Source: Octopus sinensis
Taxonomy: Eukaryota
Length of the DNA stretch: 64,000 nt
NCBI RefSeq assembly: GCF_006345805.1
Contig: NC_042999.1
Span: 138,198,001 to 138,262,000, forward strand
Reading direction: 5' to 3'
The first letter of the stretch is position 1, and every line of letters begins with the position of its first letter. Below are positions 25,070 to 38,500 of the stretch, in pieces. The notes beneath the pieces were generated by a model that worked only from the letters and a program-made list of their open reading frames with translations, was not told the origin of the DNA and made no database searches. Both the position numbers and the translations under genes were made by a program.

Positions 25070-26097
25070 AATGATTTTGAAGACTGCGGAACAAATGATA
25101 ATCAGATGGGGAAATGTCCGGCGAATATTGTGGGTGGGGCATCGTTTCCCATTCAAACTGCTCCAGCTTTTGGAATATCATTTTTGTTGTATGTGGCCGA
25201 GCATTATCCTTATGAAAGAATGCCTTTCATCTTAACACCAAAGATGGTCGTTTTTCTTCTAGTGCTGACTAAAGCCACTCAAGCTGCTCGCAGTAGATCT
25301 CCTTTGTTATCGTTTGATTTGGGTTTGAAAGTTCAAAGTGGACTAAACTTTTCATATCCCACCAAACACTTATATGGGTGAAAACCTTCTTTAGCCTGAG
25401 GTGCCGGTGTTTCTCCTTTACCTGCCCACTCTCTTCGGCGCTTGACATTTTTATAGAAAACCCATTTCCCGTCACCATTTCTCGTCCCAAAACGGGTAAT
25501 TCGTGAGACGTGACAGCAAAGAAGAGCACACATTCACTCTCTGCGCACGATTAGACACGGAAAGTTTATGAGGAAACCCATTGACCCAATTTGCTAACCT
25601 TTCCGATGGCACGCAGGTGTCGATGACTGGTTGAATGACCAAATCCAAGCTTCTCTACTAGTTCTTCAACACTTACATGGGATTTTGTTCAACCAGGGTT
25701 TGCAGGACGTCCTCGTCGAGCTCTACCAGGGCGACGCTCGTCTTCTAGGCTGAAGATTCCGGCTCGGAATTTCTGGAACCACAGTTGACACTGGATTACG
25801 CTTATTCTCTCATCCCCATATACAGCATTGATATTCCTCGCACTTTCCGTTGCGTCGTTGCTTTTATTGAACTCATAAAGCAAAATATGCCGAATATGCT
25901 CCTTTGTCACTTCCATTATAGCTTTGAAAAAATAACTGTTAAAGTCAAATTGCACTCTAAAACTTGCACCACGAATAAGTACAAGGTAAAATTACTACGT
26001 GCTTTTATAGCAAGTTGATGCAGGTAGTTTATCCCTTCCTCAACTGACTTTTAGTTCATGCAATTGAAAAAACCGCATTACTTATAGGATGACCCAA
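25070..26097 (-). mobile_element. Mariner transposon, degenerate, 3' end missing
   Basis: TA|TTGGGTCATCCTATAAGTAATGCGG terminus; MEVTKEHIRHILLYEF..WFQKFRAGIFSLEDERRPGR; WWDMKSLVHFE; HKDNARPH; HPQYSPDISPSDYHLFRSL. Confidence 0.9.
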
Positions 26098-26539
26098 TAT
26101 ATAATTGATGGGGGAAACGGAAAATGGATTTGGTTCAAATCTTTATTCAATGTGACGATCGTTTTGATCCATCCTGTAGCTGTCCCTCATGGTAGGTTAT
26201 TGTGCATCTGGTTGTGTTGCTTCAATCAGTGTCACCTCAGATGTTTGGTATAAAAGATATCCTACTGCATAAACTGACTTCCTCCAAGCATGTTATACTC
26301 ACTCGTACGTATGGGCACACTAACAGAAAGTAGAATAATTCTGAGGTTATAACCTGCAAATGGGTCTGGCTACATATAGCACACACGCACACACACAACA
26401 CACACACACACACCACACATACACACACACAGAGAAGCACACAGAGACACAGACACACACATATGGATATCTATCTATCTATATGTATATCTATATATAC
26501 ATACATACATGCATATATATATATACATACATACATACA

Positions 26540-26607
<68 letters not shown>

Positions 26608-27658
26608 TATATATATATTTCTTCTTAAGAAAATACTCATTCCAAATAAGTAAAACATAATATCATGAATAGCGATAGCGAAACCGGTCGATATATTAAA
26701 AATTATATTAAAACTATGTAAGTGTACGTATTTTCCTTTTAATTTCTTATATAAATGCAACTCACACGTGGGGATAATCGAAATTCCTCCTTTCTCTTAC
26801 TACAATATATATATATATATATATAATATAATATATATATATATATATATATTATATATGTGGTGTGGTGGGTGTGAGTGTGTGTGTGTGTGGTGTGTGT
26901 GTGTGTGTGTGTTATTTTCGTCTGTGTTTATGATTACACCAGTGTATATACCGTTATTGCTTATGTTGTGTCATTTTTATGTCTCGGTAATTGGCGGTTC
27001 GATATATAGTAATCGATAAAACAAGTACCATTGTGAAATAAGTACAACCACAACGTGTTCAAATAAAAATAAATCCTCATGAAGGCAGTGTTCTTGCATA
27101 ACAGCAGTCCACTGTCTGGAGGCAATAAAAGCGTGTACGTATGTGTATGTGAACATTGCGAGAACACACATGACGGCGAATACGCAAACAATCCAAGTGA
27201 GTGAGTGATATGCGAAATATTTGGTTGTTATTCCCTGTAGACCGGGCGACTAAATTGATAGGTTCTTTAAGAGCTTTGTTCGTATTTCTGCAATTCTACA
27301 AGATATCTTAACTTTGTTGGCTAGCTGAAGGTCTGTATGAGATTTGTTGTACTTCTCGGACAGATAGAATAAACATCCTTTCACTCTATCAACGTAAGCT
27401 GCTGTTTCAACAATGATTCCACATATTGATATGTTGTCAATTCCGTTTGTCTCCTTCATGTTCCGACAATGATGAAGCATTTCTTTTGTTCCAGTTCTTC
27501 TTTTTTCTCTTTCTGAACAAAATGTCTTATTGAATGAATGCAAAGTGTCTTAAGTATTCTGTGACGAAGTGTTAATCAAAATGATGTCGAGAGGAATTAC
27601 ATTGGACTCAGAAAAATACGCAGAGGAAAGTGCATGGTACCTTACTCGTGCACACACA

Positions 27659-27718
<60 letters not shown>

Positions 27719-27819
27719 GCACACACACACACACACACACACGCACACACACTGATCAAACATCGTTGTTTAGAGACATACCTGCTGTGCAGCGTACTTC
27801 GCACTCAGATACAGATACA

Positions 27820-28050
27820 CAGGAGCTGGCAGAAACCTTAGCACGCCGGGCGAAATGCTTAGCGGTATTTCGTCTGCCGCTACGTTCTGAGTTCAAATTT
27901 TGCCGAGGTCGACTTTGCCTTCCATCCTTTCGGGATCGATTAAATAAGTACTAGTTGCGCACTGGGGTCGATATAATCGACTTAATCCCTTTGTCTGTCC
28001 TTGTTTGTCCCCTCTATGTTTAGCCCCTTGTGGGCAATAAAGAAATAAGA
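27820..28050 (+). mobile_element. SINE family B copy
   Basis: GAGCTGGCAGAAACCTTAGCACGCCGGGCG...AGCCCCTTGTGGGCAATAAAGAAAT. Confidence 0.9.
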
Positions 28051-28197
28051 TATACAGAGATATAGATATAGAGACATGATCACATGCATTCACTTAGACA
28101 TACATTCGTGCATACAACTGGGGAAGCTTCTTCGTGGTTACTCGGCTAACAGTTAGGTAGTGCCGTCTGAAAACAGTAAAGTCGCATAGGATACTGT

Positions 28198-28230
<33 letters not shown>

Positions 28231-29042
28231 GTTTTTGTCACAACTGTAAAGCTTTTCGATCGCAATTAGGTCAAGCAAAGGTGACCTCGAGATAAACAAC
28301 ATCAAACCCCCAAATAATTATACACATCCACATGCACATACACACACGTACACATACACACTCTCTCTCACAGAGACACATGCACGCACATACAGTCGGA
28401 ATGTTTTAGGCATAAAACTTTTGATATGCATGCGTATGCGTGGCTGTGCTTCGGTATGTTTATGTGTCTATTGGGTGCTCGTACATGGTTTTATTAAGGG
28501 CCACCTTTCCCCTTTCACCTTTAACTCTCTGACTTGATGGCTCTTTCTCTCTACTCTTCTGTGTACACGCATACACAAATACATGCGTGCACACACACAC
28601 ACACACGTACAATCATGTACACACACACACACATATATACAAATGTTTATGTATGAGTATGTGTACACATTATTCCTTCTTGGTAAAATTTGGTACAATG
28701 AGATTGACAGGGAATTTCTCGAATAACCAGTCTAATGAACAATCACAGAGTAATTCTTATAACAACATTCCATTCCAAAATAATTAGTCTCACATCTGTA
28801 TTTGAATTTCACATAAAAATAAAAACGAAAACAAAGAATATACCATCCAATAATGGGCACAGCGACTCCAATTAAAACAATGACAAATGCATAAAATTAT
28901 TGTGATTAGTAATATGGCTCTAATTACAAAGTATGTAATGGCTACATATATGCGTACGACCTAAACGCATCACTATATAAGTGTCTGCCTGTGTCTGTAT
29001 GTGTAAGTATAAGAATATATACGAATATATATCATTTTTTCT

Positions 29043-29255
29043 TTTAGTTTTTATCTTTCACTTCTTTCAGACATTACGGTATGGCCATGCTGCAGCATCG
29101 CCTTGAAGAATTTTTTCCAGAACGCATCGACCTCAGGATTTTTTTTTAAGCCTGGTACTTATCCTGTAGATCAGTTTGGCCGAACCGCTAAGTCACGGAA
29201 ACGTAAAAAAATATCATCGTTTGTCAAGTGGTACAGGGGGACAAACACAAAGACA

Positions 29256-29330
<75 letters not shown>

Positions 29331-29508
29331 CACACACACATATTTATATATGACGGGCTTCTTTCAGTTTCTGTCTACCAAATTCACTCACAAGGCTTTG
29401 GTCGGCCCGAGGCTATAGTTGAAGACACTTGCTCTAGATGCAGTGGTGCTGAATCTGGAACCATGTGGTTGGTAAGCAAACTTCTTACCAAACAGCCACG
29501 ACTGCGCC
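29043..29508 (-). mobile_element. SINE family A, full length
   Basis: Reverse complement of the 19408-19810 architecture. Confidence 0.85.
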
Positions 29509-29514
29509 TTTATA

Positions 29515-29842
29515 TGGGAAAGTGTCTTCTACTATAACTTCGAGCCGATTGTGAGTGGATTTGGTAGACGGAAACTGAAAGAAGCCCGTCGTATATGGGT
29601 ATGTATGTGTGTGTGTGTGGTGTGTGTGCGTGTGTACGTGTGTTTATGTCTGTCTCCCAGTACCGCTTGACAACCGGTGTTAGTATGTTTACGTCACCGT
29701 AACTTATCGGTTCGGCAAAAGAAACCTACAGAAGAAAATAAAATTACTGGAATCGATTCATTCGAGTAGAATTCTTCAAGGCAGTGCCCCCGCATGACGG
29801 CAGTCTATTGACTGGAACAAGTAAAAAATAAAAAGATAAAAG
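29515..29842 (+). mobile_element. SINE family A, 5'-truncated copy abutting the inverted copy
   Basis: AAGTGTCTTCTACTATA...GTGAGTGGATTTGGTAGACGGAAACTGAAAGAAGCCCGTCG...GACTGGAACAAGTAAAA. Confidence 0.85.
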
Positions 29843-29954
29843 ATATGCATATATATTTATGTAAATATATGCGTTCGGACACACACGCACACACACACAC
29901 ACATACACGCACACACATACATAATACATACTTACATACATACATACATAGAGA

Positions 29955-30560
29955 TGTAGATTACGTCATACAGATTGTCATATTTCGATAGAAGATATAA
30001 CAAGTGATTACCAGATGCGCAAAAATATCATCCTTGTGCCACCTCCCCATGCGGCACAACTCCGTCGCAAAAGCAATATGCAATGCCATCCGGAGGAAAA
30101 ACTGTCATGGTGTAAATATAGAGAATCTCCCTGTCATTGAGTCCATACAGAAACGACAATACAAGGAATACTCGTGGAACATTCCTGTCAAAACAACTGT
30201 CAAGTGTAAACATAACAGGCGGGATAATGTAGTTTGGGGAAGACAAGAAAAAGCGTGTATCATCATAGAGGTCAGCTGTTTTGCTATGTGACTATCTCTT
30301 TGAAAATTAAAGAGAAAGAGGATAACTATAAACACCGGCTTCGAAGCTTTCAGCTTCTATATTCAGATTATAAATTCACATTTATACCAATAATTTGTGC
30401 ACTTGGTTTTGTGAGCAAATGCCTGAGTGACAATAGGCGTAAGAAAAATAAACCAGTCAACTACCCAGCGCAATACAAATGCTATTTGTAAGTGGAACAG
30501 TAAAAATATGCAAGACTTTCCTCAGGTTTAAAATGTGATGTTTTTGCGATGGAACTTTGT
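29955..30560 (+). mobile_element. R4/Dong-type retrotransposon 3' fragment (restriction-like endonuclease domain)
   Basis: HLPMRHNSVAKAI; WNIPVKTTVKCKHNRRDNVVW..K.CIIIEVSC; KIKEKEDNY...YKFTFIPII.ALG. Flanked by (TACA)n on both sides. Confidence 0.8.
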
Positions 30561-30677
30561 ATCTTTATTAGAAGCTAGCTCTATCTTCAGAGAAATAGAA
30601 TAGAACATACATACATACGTGCATACATACATACATACATACATACATACCTACACATACATACATCATACATATAT

Positions 30678-30768
<91 letters not shown>

Positions 30769-31315
30769 GAACTTTGTGTGTGTATGAAATAAAAGAAGTT
30801 GAAAATTCCCTGAGAATAATAAGAAGATTTATTTATATAAATATTACTACACTAAGCCAACATTTGTTGGATTTTTCGGAAATGTAGGATTTGAAGAACG
30901 TGGATTCATCGTGCACATTGTGGATACCTGGATAATCCTGGTAACATGGACACATTTACAAGATTGTAAGTAAGAATAATAATTCACTATAACACTAAAA
31001 AGTCACCACAAAAAATAACAACTGCTCATATAGTTACTTGACACAGATACTGGCCTAAAACAAAAATTTCAGGAGCTACTGTCGCCGTGCATAGCTATTG
31101 TTCTGACTATCATATAACCTATTCATTGGAGTAAATCGTATATATGAAAAAAAACAAACCTTATAGGTTATAATTATTATTAAAATTATAAATAAAGTCG
31201 GGTTTTGACTGCTATTTCAAGCATGGTGGTATCTCTTAGATACCCTTATTTATAATTTTAATATATAATATATAAATTATAAATAAGAGCTCATTTTCAT
31301 AGCATCTTTTCGCTG

Positions 31316-31385
31316 GCCGGATAACTGAAGAGATGGCGGCGTGGGTTTCCGCCCCGATATCAGAAACTCGGAGTTTTATCATGGC
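31316..31385 (+). ncRNA. Putative type I hammerhead ribozyme (variant)
   Basis: GCCG-GAUAA CUGAAGA GAU-GGCGG..CCGCC-CCGAU-AUC A GAAAC UCGGA GUU UUAUC-A-UGGC. One extra nucleotide at the base of stem II. Confidence 0.5.
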
Positions 31386-32232
31386 TACCGAATAATTGTC
31401 ACATATTATATTTACACACCACACACACACACACACACACACACAATACACACACACACACACATATGTGTGTGATATTCCTAAATTTAAATAAGCTAAT
31501 ATAAATTCTACACTTGTATACCGTGTATTGAGTACTAAATTGGAAAAGTGTACTTTTCAATAAAATAATAGTACTAGTGATTTCGTAATCACAAGTACTA
31601 TCCTTATTCTAGACCTATTGGCGATTCCTGTTTTACTTTAGCACTAGTTTTATTTTGCTATTATTTATACACCCTAGTATCCCTGTAAAAAGAGATGACC
31701 CACCACTTATTTTTCTAGATTATTTGCTAGTTTACTCTTTTGCCCATCGACTTCAAGCTTCACACTGCAAAATGGTATGATTCAAATTTATTGAGACTTC
31801 TTGCCTCAATTCGAGGCCCTGTTCTTTCCTCTTCCCTCTTCCTTTCTTTTATTTTATCTATTTGTATTCACTCTGCTGAAGCACCATGTACTAGATTGAA
31901 TGTGCTAGAAAGATAATGAATATTATTTTCGGAATTTTCTTTATAGGCACCGACTGACATTGGTAGCCGAAACGGCCGTAAGCATTGTTAAGTTTTGTGT
32001 TAAAAAATAATTAACCGATGTTGGTCAATTTTTTTGTTTTCTCCATTTTCTGCTTATTTTAATTTTGATTCCTGATAAACTCTTGTTTATTCTGTTATTG
32101 CCTGTACGCTATGAGCGTAGTATGCTTGCATACCCATGCCCAGGGTTAACATAGGTAATTGATACCGGTAGTAAGAACGGATATTCTTATCCCTTAGACA
32201 GTTATTTCAACCTCACACTCTGCTTACTCAAA

Positions 32233-32280
<48 letters not shown>

Positions 32281-32904
32281 TATATATATAGTATATATGT
32301 ATATATGTGTATATTATATATAATATATATATATGTTATATACTATATATATACGTATATATATATATATAAATATATCATATGTATATATACACAAACT
32401 TATATATGCATATATATGCAAGTGTGTACGTACGTTTTTATACAGAGATGCTAAGTACAAAGATAAATAAATATATGTAAATCAAGCATATATATGTATA
32501 TGAGTGTGTATGAATGAGACACAGGGGAAAAGATAAAGAAAGATATAAAAGAAAGCTGTAGATACGAAAACTGAAAAGAAGGAAGAGCAATGGAGAGAGA
32601 AAATGACAGAAAGAGGGTAAAAGAGAAAGAGAGAGAGAGAGAAAGTGGTGAGGTTATACATGTTGGTAATTAACGAGAAAAGAAAGATTAGACGGACAAA
32701 TCTCTTAATAAGACAATTAATATGAATTAATTGGCACAAACATTTCCTCCTCTCCTAATGAAGCTTACATGCATACATGCATACACGCATACATACATAC
32801 ATACATACATACATACATACATACATACATACATACATACATACATACATACATACATACACATATATGCATATATATATATATATATATCTTTTATCTC
32901 TTAT

Positions 32905-33058
32905 CCCTATTTTCAGTCGTGAGATTACGGCCATGCTGGGGCACCACATCGAAGAATTTTTAGTCGGATAAATCGATCCAAGCACTTTTTTTATCGGTTT
33001 ATTTTGCCGAACCGTTAGATTACAGGAACGTAAACATATCAACAGCGATTGTCAACAA
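32905..33058 (-). mobile_element. SINE family A 3' fragment
   Basis: TTTCAGTCG..ACGGCCATGCTGGGGCACC...TTTTGCCGAACCG. Confidence 0.75.
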
Positions 33059-33159
33059 ATTATTCTGTCTAAATTTGTTAGTTTGCATAAAAGGAAAAAA
33101 AGAAAACACAATATCCCATCCAAAAATAAATTTTTAAATATCAAAAAAAAAAATATATC

Positions 33160-33790
33160 AATGAGATTGTGCTGAGAGATAACAATTTACTCAAAGCAGC
33201 CGCGCTCAGTTTCCACTCCGGCCTCAAGACGGCTCCGGAACCTAGTGCATGCATTCCCCACTCTGTCTCTGGGCAGATCTTCGATAACCTCTTTGATCTT
33301 GGTCACCGGTTGGTCTTAATATTGCAGGAAGAGCGGTTGGTGTCTTTCTCAACCGCATCCCACACATTGTAATATATAGCATTAAAATCGAGGGACTTGC
33401 AGGCCAGAAATGGGGATTGGTGAAATCGTATTAATTCTCCGACAATCACTTCTGGCTTTTTGGGGCGTTTGGTAAGGAGCCGAATGCTGCTGCCACACAC
33501 ATGACTTTCCAACAACAACCATTTCCAGCCAGGGATTGACCATAATCTTCAGCAGCTTTACATAACCGTCAAAATTGAACCCAAAGCTCTAATCAAAGAA
33601 ATAGGCTGACATGATGCCACCTTCACTGGAGGCACACCCAAAAACCATCACAATCCTGTTGGTCACAGCTTCGTAGTCTCTATTACAGCTGTCTTACAGT
33701 TTTACAGTGTCCACAGAGCATTGAGCAGTAGTCATGATGTCGGCATTTTGAAGGTGTTGACATCTTGAGTTTCTGGGTTTCACAAAACCA
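33160..33790 (-). mobile_element. IS630-Tc1-mariner (maT/DD37D-like) transposase 3' part, degenerate, cut by the gap
   Basis: MVFGCASSEGGIMSAYFF; YVKLLKIMVNPWLE; VWQQHSAP; NACTRFRSRLEAGVE. Confidence 0.7.
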
Positions 33791-33890
33791 NNNNNNNNNN
33801 NNNNNNNNNNNNNNNNNNNNNNNNNNNNNNNNNNNNNNNNNNNNNNNNNNNNNNNNNNNNNNNNNNNNNNNNNNNNNNNNNNNNNNNNNN
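33791..33890. other. Assembly gap (100 N)
   Basis: Run of N; sequence resumes at GATC. Confidence 1.
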
Positions 33891-34601
33891 GATCGTTTCA
33901 TGGCTGTTAATTTATTTAAATTTTCGAGTTACAGTCATTCATCAGGTGGTTTAAATTCTAAATATAATCAATATTTTTAAGTTATAATAATATATATAAT
34001 ATAATAATTTTACTTATAATAAACTCTATTATCAAATATGATTATATCGAATCGACTATAATGTTAAATATTAACTTTAATTTATAGGTAGGAAACCCAT
34101 AATCTAATATCAATATTAGTCTATATCTAATTACATAAATATTTAAAATGACTGATATATATAAATTATCATGAAAATATATATAAATATTATAATCAAG
34201 ATCTAAAATAATCTCTATAAATAATTGTATATAATGAAAACCTAATAAATTTAATTTTTCATATTTAAAGATGAAATAGCTAATTTCAAAATACAAATAA
34301 AACGGACTTTCAGAAATCTTATGTAAAATACTTTTAGAAATAATCAATTCTTAGTAATATAGTATCAAATAAATACTATAAGTACTATAAATGTAATTAT
34401 GAATGGGAATAATTATCTAATATAAATTTAAAGAAATAACTATATAATCATATTTGATAATAGAGTTTATTATAAGTGAAATTATTATATTATATATATT
34501 ATTTATAACTTAAAAATATTGATTATATTTTAGATATTTAAACCACCTGATGAATGACTGTAACTCGAAAATTTAAAGAAATTAACAGCCATGAAACGAT
34601 C
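33891..34601. repeat. Inverted repeat (about 155-bp arms, 33891-34045 and 34443-34601) around an AT-rich spacer
   Basis: GATCGTTTCATGGCTGTTAA...CATCAGGTGG...TTATCAAATATGATTATAT is mirrored on the right. Confidence 0.9.
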
Positions 34602-34607
34602 GTAGTG
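34544..34607 (+). ncRNA. Putative type I hammerhead ribozyme (mirror copy at 33891-33948 minus, truncated by the gap)
   Basis: CAC CUGAUGA AUGACUGU..ACAGCCAU GAAAC GAUC GUA / GUG. Stem III is the palindrome ACGAUCGU; stem I has only 3 bp. Confidence 0.55.
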
Positions 34608-34824
34608 TGATATTAATTATATTTTTTTAATAATTTTGTTATATATTTAAATAATATAAATTAAATAATCTTATGTATTGGCTTAAGTTTTTCATTGTAT
34701 GATTTGCCTAATAGTGGTTTTGTCTCTAATTTAATATATAATATAATATTTTACTATAAAATTGGATTCAATCCTAAATCTGATTTTTCCCTGTAAGTTT
34801 TGGATTTATCCCTAATATTTATTA

Positions 34825-34829
<5 letters not shown>

Positions 34830-34910
<81 letters not shown>

Positions 34911-34936
34911 ATATATTTTATATATATATATATTTA

Positions 34937-34969
<33 letters not shown>

Positions 34970-35471
34970 ATTATATCATAATATATATATATATGATATA
35001 TATACATATATATATATATATACAATACAATACATATATATTGCATATACATATATAATATATGCATCACATATGTATATACATATATATATGTATTTAT
35101 ACATATTAACATATCTATATATATACAACATATATATATATAACATATATTACATCATATATATACATACATATACATATATACATATATATATATTATA
35201 CATATATATATATATACATACATTATATACATACATATAATAATTACATAATATATATTACATACATATATTATATACATATATATATATATACATACAT
35301 ATATATATAACAATATACATACATATATATATAACATACATATCTATACATATATATATATATATACATACATATTATACAATATATATATATACATACA
35401 TACATACATATATAACATATATATACATATATATATATACATACATATATACATATAAATTATATATATAT

Positions 35472-35519
<48 letters not shown>

Positions 35520-35547
35520 CATACATATATATACATATACATATATA
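34830..35547. repeat. Degenerate (TA)n/(TACA)n microsatellite field
   Basis: Directly visible. Confidence 0.9.
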
Positions 35548-38500
35548 CTTTGATACTTTGATACTTGATAGGTTTCGGCCATTATTGGCCCAGGCCATGT
35601 CTAACTTAATAGCACACACCTGGTGAAGTCTTTCAAGTCAGAATTTGGGCACTATGGCCCACTCAAGTAGAGAGTTATTGTTTACAGAGACATATCCGGG
35701 TGTAGGGGGTTTATCCGGGATTTCTTGAAGGAATCTGTCCAAACTTCTTGAACCCTATAGGGTCAGTTGCTGTTTTAATGTGTTTTGTTGTAATGTTAAA
35801 GAGGGCGGGGCCAATTGAGGTGAAATAATTGTGCCGTATTGTTGTTATGAGATGAGAGTGCGATTTTTGTTTTGGGCGGATGGCACGGGGCCCAAGCCTT
35901 GGATGTACCTTAAAGGTGAGCCAACATCATTTGAGCAATGCTGATGGAATATTTTCCACATCATGCAGATGATGTAGCGCTCACGACGACGTTGGAGAGA
36001 ATAAAGTTTTTAGCTTTTCTAGTCGACCCCAATAGTCGAGGCCTGTCATGCCATCTATCTTTTTTGTGATTGCCCTTTTGGTGCTTCAACTTTTATGATA
36101 CTTTGTATTGTGTGGGGAGACCACAGTGGACAACAGTATTCAAGGTGGGGTCGGGCAAAAGTGGAGAAGAGAAGGATAATGGTGTGGATATCTCTCGACT
36201 GGAAAGTTCTGAGAATCCAGGAACACATTCTGCGGGCCATGTCAACTTTGGTGTTTATATGAGTGGCCCAGCTTATGTTGTTGTCCACAATTACTCCCAA
36301 GTCTCTGATGTTGTTTGACGCCACGAGAGTTTCACCTGAAGGAAGGGAGTATGGGAGTTTCAGGGGCATCCTCTTTTCCAAAGTGGATTAACTCAAATTT
36401 ATCCTCGTTCAGCAGCATATTGTTTTTTTCTGCCCATTGGATAACAGCCAGTAGATCTGACTGAAGGCATGTCCGGTCACTCGCCTCATTTATGACCTTC
36501 TGTAGCTTGGAATCATCTGCAAAGATTTTTATGTTGCTGTGCTTGATGATGTCATTAATGTCATTAATGTAGATGATGAAAAGAAGTGGGCCCAGCACAG
36601 TGCCTTGCGGAACGCCACTACTGACTTTGGCTGGGCTTGATTTTACCCCTTCAACTACAACATGTTGAGATCTGTCTGTCAGGAAACACTTGATCCATTT
36701 CAGTAACTTTCCAGAGACACCAATGCTGGATAGTTTTTTCAATAGGATCTTGTGATCGACCCTGTCGAAGGCCTTACTGAAATCAAGGTAGATGACATCG
36801 GTGTCGGAGCCCTCTCCCAAAGCTCTCAAAATGTCATCAAAGTGATGCAGGAGCTGCGTTAGGCAGTCCCTTCCATTACGGAACCCATGTTGGTTAGAGA
36901 TCAGCCGTCTGTTGCTTTCCAGAAATTGGGTTATTCGTGATCTCACCACCCTCTCAAATACCTTGATGATATGAGAGGTGAGTGAGATCGGACGGTAGTT
37001 CACTGCAAGGGACTTGTTTCCCTTTTTGAAAACTGGGACAACAGACTGGACAGAAGGTTTTTTGGAATATAGCCAGCATCCAGTGAGTTTCTCCACAGAT
37101 TAGCAAGGGGAGATGCAAGTTGGTGTCGACACACCTTCAGGACACAAGCAGGGAACCTATCGGGGCCTACTGCTGAATTGTGTTTTATTTCATTTATCGC
37201 CGCTAAGACATCAGGGGCACTAAACGTTATGTCCGATATAGTATGTTGAGGGTTGACATCACTGATACAGCCCAGATCGGCCATATCAGGATTGCTGAAA
37301 ACAGAGCAGTATTGTTTCTGCAGTATCTCGGTCATGGATTTGGCATTATCTTGGAGAGTGCCAGTTTCATCAATTAGAGGGCCAACAATGGAGACAGTGA
37401 CCCTGCGTTTCCTCGCAAATGAAAAGAACACTTTGGGGTTGAGTTTGATTTTTTCAATGGCCACTTCTCCTCAGCTGATCTTTGGTTATTGATGAGGGTC
37501 TTCATGCATTGTTGGAGGTTATATTTTTTGGATTCAAGCAGTGCGATAGCCGTCGAATGTGTGTGTTGCTGTTGGCAGTACTTTAGTTTGTTAATTTTTT
37601 TGTTTGTTCTTTTTATTTTTCTGATAATAGTTTTTCTGTTTTGGGGGATTCTGCCACTTTTTGTTCACAGGTCTTGGTGGGGAGTGTTTTGCACATATGT
37701 CTGTGACGGTGTCTACAAAGATCTGCCAAGATGTTTTATGGTTGGTGGAGATGTGTGTATGTGTAAAGGACCAGTCAACATGTGATAGCTCGTTCCTGAT
37801 TGCATCCCAGTTGGCATTATGGAGATCCATGTTATCAAATGGGTGGGCTGGAGGGAGGTCACTAGGATTAGCTTTCGGCTGGTGGAATTTCATGTTACAG
37901 AGAACCATGTCATGGTCTGAAAGAAGGGTTTTTTCCACTGTAACGTTATGTATAGTGTTAGTGTGGTTACTAACACTAGGTCCAAAATGTTCTTCTGATG
38001 TCTTTGTTGGTGCAAAACACAGTTGGGACAAGAAAAACTCATTCGTAAAGTCGAAAAGTGACTCTGCTGCTGCTTCTTTGTCAGCGGTTGAGGCAGGAGT
38101 GCTTGGTTTCAAACAGTTTGTAGTCCAGTCAACACAGGGTAGATTGAAGTCTCCCATCATGAGTAGGTTGCTAGAATGGCACTGTTGAATAAAGCACTTA
38201 ATGCTGTTGAGGCATTCTTTAAAGCACAGTATGGGTGTTTGGGGCGGCCTATAGAGCCCAATTACTGTCAGGTCATTGGCTTTGTTGTGCACGGTGACTG
38301 ATTCACAGTAGCCGTTGGAGAATATACTATTTCCATCTGCCGTAAACGAATCATGCAGGAAAATGGCAGTTCCACCCTTCCTTCTGCCGATACGATCCGC
38401 GCGGATGGTTGTGAAATTCTTCACTCTCACTTCGGCTTCCAAGTGGGAGTTGTCAAGTGGGTCTCAGTGAGAATGAAGAAAGGGATGTGGTGTGGATGGT

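Noticed and set aside
27250-27543. 97-aa ORF in non-repetitive sequence
   Set aside because: No identifiable domain; probably chance or an old TE remnant
31946-31987. Hammerhead-like GGCACC..GGTAGCC GAAAC GGCC GTA
   Set aside because: The CUGANGA core and stem I are not recoverable; at best a dead relic
34042-34347. AT-rich hydrophobic ORF as a NUMT or parasite organellar gene
   Set aside because: No recognisable organellar motif; the composition is explained by AT richness (a BLASTx search would settle it)
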